DNA of 64,000 nt, from assembly GCA_002104945.1 (NCBI GenBank), contig MCFH01000043.1, positions 186,001 to 250,000 on the forward strand, given 5' to 3'. The position numbers and the translations under genes are program-made. The DNA is from Piromyces finnis finn (taxonomy: Eukaryota > Fungi > Neocallimastigomycota). This document shows, piece after piece, positions 13,501 to 19,500 of the stretch (the first letter of the stretch is position 1; the number at the start of each line of letters is the position of its first letter). The notes beneath the pieces were generated by a model that was given only the letters and a program-made list of their open reading frames with translations, made no database searches and was not told where the DNA came from.

Positions 13501-16500
13501 AAGGAAGAAATTATTGAACAACAACCAATAACTGAAGTTGTTGAAGAAGTTGTTGAAGAACAACCAATTGAACAACCAGTGGAAGTTTCTTCTGAACCGA
13601 AGGAAGAAATTATTGAACAACAACCAATAACTGAAGTTATTGAAGAAGTTGAAGAAGTTGTTGAAGAACAACCAATTGAACAACCAATTGAACAACCAGT
13701 AGAAGTTTCTTCTGAACCAAAGGAAGAAATTATTGAACAACCAATAACTGAAGTTGTTGAAGAAGTTGAAGAAGTTGTTGAAGAACAACCAATTGAACAA
13801 CCAATTGAACAATTAGTAGAAGTTTCTTCTGAACCAAAAGAAGAAATTATTGAACAAAAACCAATAACTGAAGTTGTTGAAGAAGTTGTAGAAGTTGTTG
13901 AAGAACCTAAAGAAGTTGTTGAAACTGAAATAAGAGAAGAAATTATTAAAATTCCTTCTACAGAACCAGTAAAGAAAAGATATATTAAGAAAATTATTAG
14001 ATACATAACTAGAAAGAATCCAATTACTGGAGAAGAAGTTGTTGAAGAAGTTGTTGAAGAACAACCAATTGAACAACCATTAGAAGAAGTTTCCTCTGAA
14101 CCAAAGGAAGAAATTATTGAACAACAACCAATAACTGAAGTTGTTGAAGAAGTTGAAGAAGTTGTTGAAGAACAACCAATTGAACAACCAATTGAACAAC
14201 CAGTAGAAGAAGTTTCTTCTGAACCAAAGGAAGAAATTATTGAACAACCAATAACTGAAGTTGTTGAAGAAGTTGAAGAAGTTGTTGAAGAACAACCAAT
14301 TGAACAACCAATTGAACAATTAGTAGAAGTTTCTTCTGAACCAAAAGAAGAAATTATTGAACAAAAACCAATAACTGAAGTTGTTGAAGAAGTTGTAGAA
14401 GTTGTTGAAGAACCTAAAGAAGTTGTTGAAACTGAAATAAGAGAAGAAATTATTGAAATTCCTTCTACAGAACCAGTAAAGAAAAGATATATTAAGAAAA
14501 TTATTAGATACATAACTAGAAAGAATCCAATTACTGGAGAAGAAGTTGTTGAAGAAATTGTTGAAGAACAACCAATTGAACAACCAGTAGAAGTTTCTTC
14601 TGAACCAAGGGAAGAAATTATTGAACAAAAACCAATAACTGAAGTTGTTGAAGAAGTTGAAGAAGTTGTTGAAGAAAAACCAATTGAACAACCAATTGAA
14701 CAATTAGTAGAAGTTTCTTCTGAACCAAAGGAAGAAATTATTGAACAAAAACCAATAACTGAAGTTGTTGAAGAAGTTGAAGAAGTTGTTGAAGAACAAC
14801 CAATTGAACAACCAATTGAACAACCAGTAGAAGAAGTTTCTTCTGAACCAAAGGAAGAAATTATTGAACAAAAACCAATAACTGAAGTTGTTGAAGAAGT
14901 TGTTGAAGAACAACCAATTGAACAACCAGTGGAAGTTTCTTCTGAACCAAAGGAAGAAATTATTGAACAACCAATAACTGAAGTTATTGAAGAAGTTGTA
15001 GAAGTTGTTGAAAAACCTAAAGAAGTTGTTGAAACTGAAATAAGAGAAGAAATTATTGAAATTCCTTCTACAGAACCAGTAAAGAAAAGATATATTAAGA
15101 AAATAATTAGATACATAACTAGAAAGAATCCAATTACTGGAGAAGAAGTTGTTGAAGAAGTTGTTGAAGAACAACCAATTGAACAACCATTAGAAGAAGT
15201 TTCTTCTGAAACAAAGGAAGAAATTATTGAACAACCAATAACTGAAGTTGTTGAAGAAGTTGAAGTTGTTGAAGAAGTTGTTGAAAAACAACCAATTGAA
15301 CAACCATTAGAAGAAGTTTCCTCTGAACCAAAGGAAGAAGTTATTGAACAACAACCAATAACTGAAGTTGTTGAAGAAGTTGAAGAAGTTGTTGAAGAAC
15401 AACCAATTAAACAACCAATTGAACAACCAGTGGAAGTTTCTTCTGAACCGAAGGAAGAAATTATTGAACAATCAATAACTGAAGTTGTTGAAGAAGTTGT
15501 AGAAGTTGTTGAAGAACCTAAAGAAGTTGTTGAAACTGAAATAAGAGAAGAAATTATTGAAATTCCTTCTACAGAACCAGTAAAGAAAAGATATATTAAG
15601 AAAATTATTAGATACATAACTAGAAAGAATCCAATTACTGGAGAAGAAGTTGTTGAAGAAATTGTTGAAGAACAACCAATTGAACAACCAGTAGAAGTTT
15701 CTTCTGAACCAAGGGAAGAAATTATTGAACAACAACCAATAACTGAAGTTGTTGAAGAAGTTGAAGAAGTTGTTGAAGAAAAACCAATTGAACAACCAAT
15801 TGAACAATTAGTAGAAGTTTCTTCTGAACCAAAGGAAGAAATTATTGAACAACCAATAACTGAAGTTGTTGAAGAAGTTGAAGAAGTTGTTGAAGAAAAA
15901 CCAATTGAACAACCAATTGAACAACCAGTAGAAGTTTCTTCTGAACCAAAGGAAGAAATTATTGAACAACCAATAACTGAAGTTGTTGAAGAAGTTGTAG
16001 AAGTTGTTGAAGAACCTAAAGAAGTTGTTGAAACTGAAATAAGAGAAGAAATTATTGAAATTCCTTCTAAAGAACCAGTAAAGAAAAGATATATTAAGAA
16101 AATTATTAGATACATAACTAGAAAGAATCCAATTACTGGAGAAGAAGTTGTTGAAGAAGTTGTTGAAGAACAATCAATTGAACAACCATTAGAAGAAGTT
16201 TCCTCTGAACCAAAGGAAGAAGTTATTGAACAACAACCAATAACTGAAGTTGTTGAAGAAGTTGAAGAAGTTGTTGAAGAAAAACCAATTGAACAACCAA
16301 TTGAACAACCAGTAGAAGAAGTTTCTTCTGAACCAAGGGAAGAAATTATTGAACAACCAATAACTGAAGTTGTTGAAGAAGTTGTAGAAGTTGTTGAAGA
16401 ACCTAAAGAAGTTGTTGAAACTGAAATAAGAGAAGAAATTATTGAAATTCCTTCTACAGAACCAGTAAAGAAAAGATATATTAAGAAAATTATTAGATAC

Positions 16501-19500
16501 ATAACTAGAAAGAATCCAATTACTGGAGAAGAAGTTGTTGAAGAAATTGTTGAAGAACAATCAATTGAACAACCAGTAGAAGTTTCTTCTGAACCAAAGG
16601 AAGAAATTATTGAACAACAACCAATAACTGAAGTTGTTGAAGAAGTTGTTGAAGAACAACCAATTGAACAACCAGTGGAAGTTTCTTCTGAACCGAAGGA
16701 AGAAATTATTGAACAACAAACAATAACTGAAGTTATTGAAGAAGTTGAAGAAGTTGTTGAAGAACAACCAATTGAAAAACCAATTGAACAACCAGTAGAA
16801 GTTTCTTCTGAACCAAAGGAAGAAATTATTGAACAACCAATAACTGAAGTTGTTGAAGAAGTTGAAGAAGTTGTTGAAGAACAACCAATTGAACAACCAA
16901 TTGAACAATTAGTAGAAGTTTCTTCTGAACCAAAAGAAGAAATTATTGAACAAAAACCAATAACTGAAGTTGTTGAAGAAGTTGTAGAAGTTGTTGAAGA
17001 ACCTAAAGAAGTTGTTGAAACTGAAATAAGAGAAGAAATTATTGAAATTCCTTCTACAGAACCAGTAAAGAAAAGATATATTAAGAAAATTATTAGATAC
17101 ATAACTAGAAAGAATCCAATTACTGGAGAAGAAGTTGTTGAAGAAGTTGTTGAAGAACAACCAATTGAACAACCATTAGAAGAAGTTTCCTCTGAACCAA
17201 AGGAAGAAATTATTGAACAACAACCAATAACTGAAGTTGTTGAAGAAGTTGAAGAAGTTGTTGAAGAACAACCAATTGAACAACCAATTGAACAACCAGT
17301 AGAAGAAGTTTCTTCTGAACCAAAGGAAGAAATTATTGAACAACCAATAACTGAAGTTGTTGAAGAAGTTGAAGAAGTTGTTGAAGAACAACCAATTGAA
17401 CAACCAATTGAACAATTAGTAGAAGTTTCTTCTGAACCAAAAGAAGAAATTATTGAACAAAAACCAATAACTGAAGTTGTTGAAGAAGTTGTAGAAGTTG
17501 TTGAAGAACCTAAAGAAGTTGTTGAAACTGAAATAAGAGAAGAAATTATTGAAATTCCTTCTACAGAACCAGTAAAGAAAAGATATATTAAGAAAATTAT
17601 TAGATACATAACTAGAAAGAATCCAATTACTGGAGAAGAAGTTGTTGAAGAAGTTGTTGAAGAACAACCAATTGAACAACCATTAGAAGAAGTTTCTTCT
17701 GAACCAAAGGAAGAAGTTATTGAACAACAACCAATAACTGAAGTTGTTGAAGAAGTTGAAGAAGTTGTTGAAGAAAAACCAATTGAACAACCAATTGAAC
17801 AACCAGTAGAAGAAGTTTCTTCTGAACCAAGGGAAGAAATTATTGAACAACCAATAACTGAAGTTGTTGAAGAAGTTGAAGAAGTTGTTGAAGAACAACC
17901 AATTGAACAACCAATTGAACAATTAGTAGAAGTTTCTTCTGAACCAAAAGAAGAAATTATTGAACAAAAACCAATAACTGAAGTTGTTGAAGAAGTTGTA
18001 GAAGTTGTTGAAGAACCTAAAGAAGTTGTTGAAACTGAAATAAGAGAAGAAATTATTGAAATTCCTTCTACAGAACCAGTAAAGAAAAGATATATTAAGA
18101 AAATTATTAGATACATAACTAGAAAGAATCCAATTACTGGAGAAGAAGTTGTTGAAGAAATTGTTGAAGAACAACCAATTGAACAACCAGTAGAAGTTTC
18201 TTCTGAAACAAAGGAAGAAATTATTGAACAACCAATAACTGAAGTTGTTGAAGAAGTTGAAGAAGTTGTTGAAGAAAAACCAATTGAACAACCAATTGAA
18301 CAACCAGTAGAAGTTTCTTCTGAAACAAAGGAAGAAATTATTGAACAACCAATAACTGAAGTTGTTGAAGAAGTTGAAGAAGTTGTTGAAGAAAAACCAA
18401 TTGAACAACCAATTGAACAACCAGTAGAAGTTTCTTCTGAACCAAAGGAAGAAATTATTGAACAACCAATAACTGAAGTTGTTGAAGAAGTTGTTAAAGA
18501 AACTAAAGAAGTTGTTGAAACTGAAATAATAGAAGAAATTATTGAAATTCCTTCTACTGAGCCATTAAAGAAAAGATATATTAAAAGAATAATAAAATGT
18601 ATTAAAAGAAATAATCCAAACAATGGAAAAGAAGAAGTTGTTAATGAAATTATATCAGAAGAACCAACACCAGAAGAGAAAGAAATAATTGTAGAAGTTC
18701 CTTCTGATGAAAAAGATAAAAAGAAATTTGTAAAAAGAATAATAAGAATTATAAAAAGAAAGAATGAAGACTCTAATATGGAGGAAATTGTAGAAGATAT
18801 AATATCTGAAGAACCAGTGAAAGAAGAAAGAGAAATAACCGTTGAAATTCCTACAGGTAAAAAGGGTAAAACAAAATTTGTTAAGAGAGTAGTTAAATAT
18901 ATTACAAGAAAGAATCCATTTAATGGAAAGGAAGAAGTTATTGAAGAAATTGTTTCAGAAGAGCCTGTTGAAGATTCTAGCAAAAAATCAATATTTAAAA
19001 TAATAACTGATAAAATAAAGAATGTTTTAAATAATAATAATGAAGAAGAAATAATTTGTATGCCAAGAGATGAAAATATTGAAAATACTGAAAAGGAAGA
19101 AACAGAAGAAGAGATAGAAGATGGTGATATTAATGATAGTAAGGTTTTATACAGAGTTTATAGTAAAAACAGAAGAAACAAGATTAGAAATAGAAAAAGA
19201 AATAAATCATTTGAAACATCTTCAAAAACAGCGAATATTCCAAATGAATTTACTGAAAATAAGGAAGATCAAAGCGAAACTTATGTTAATAAAAAAATTG
19301 ATGAATGTAATAGTAGAATATTGAATAATTCAATTATAGAAGAAGCTACTGATGAGCAATTAATGATGTCAGAAACAATAATAGATGATGATTTAATTAA
19401 CGAGGTGCCATTAGAAAATAAAAATAAGCTTATTGATCATAATAACAATGAAATAATAATATTATCGCAATCAACAAGTGGAAAAAAGAGAAGAAATAGT

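Noticed and set aside
6348-18983. 4,211-aa antisense ORF (also 2922-5129, 5163-6293 and dozens of F/N/W-rich ORFs)
   Set aside because: These are shadows of the sense repeat gene. The restricted gaa/gtt/cca codon set yields few stops in other frames, and the products are S/T/C or F/N/W low-complexity strings.
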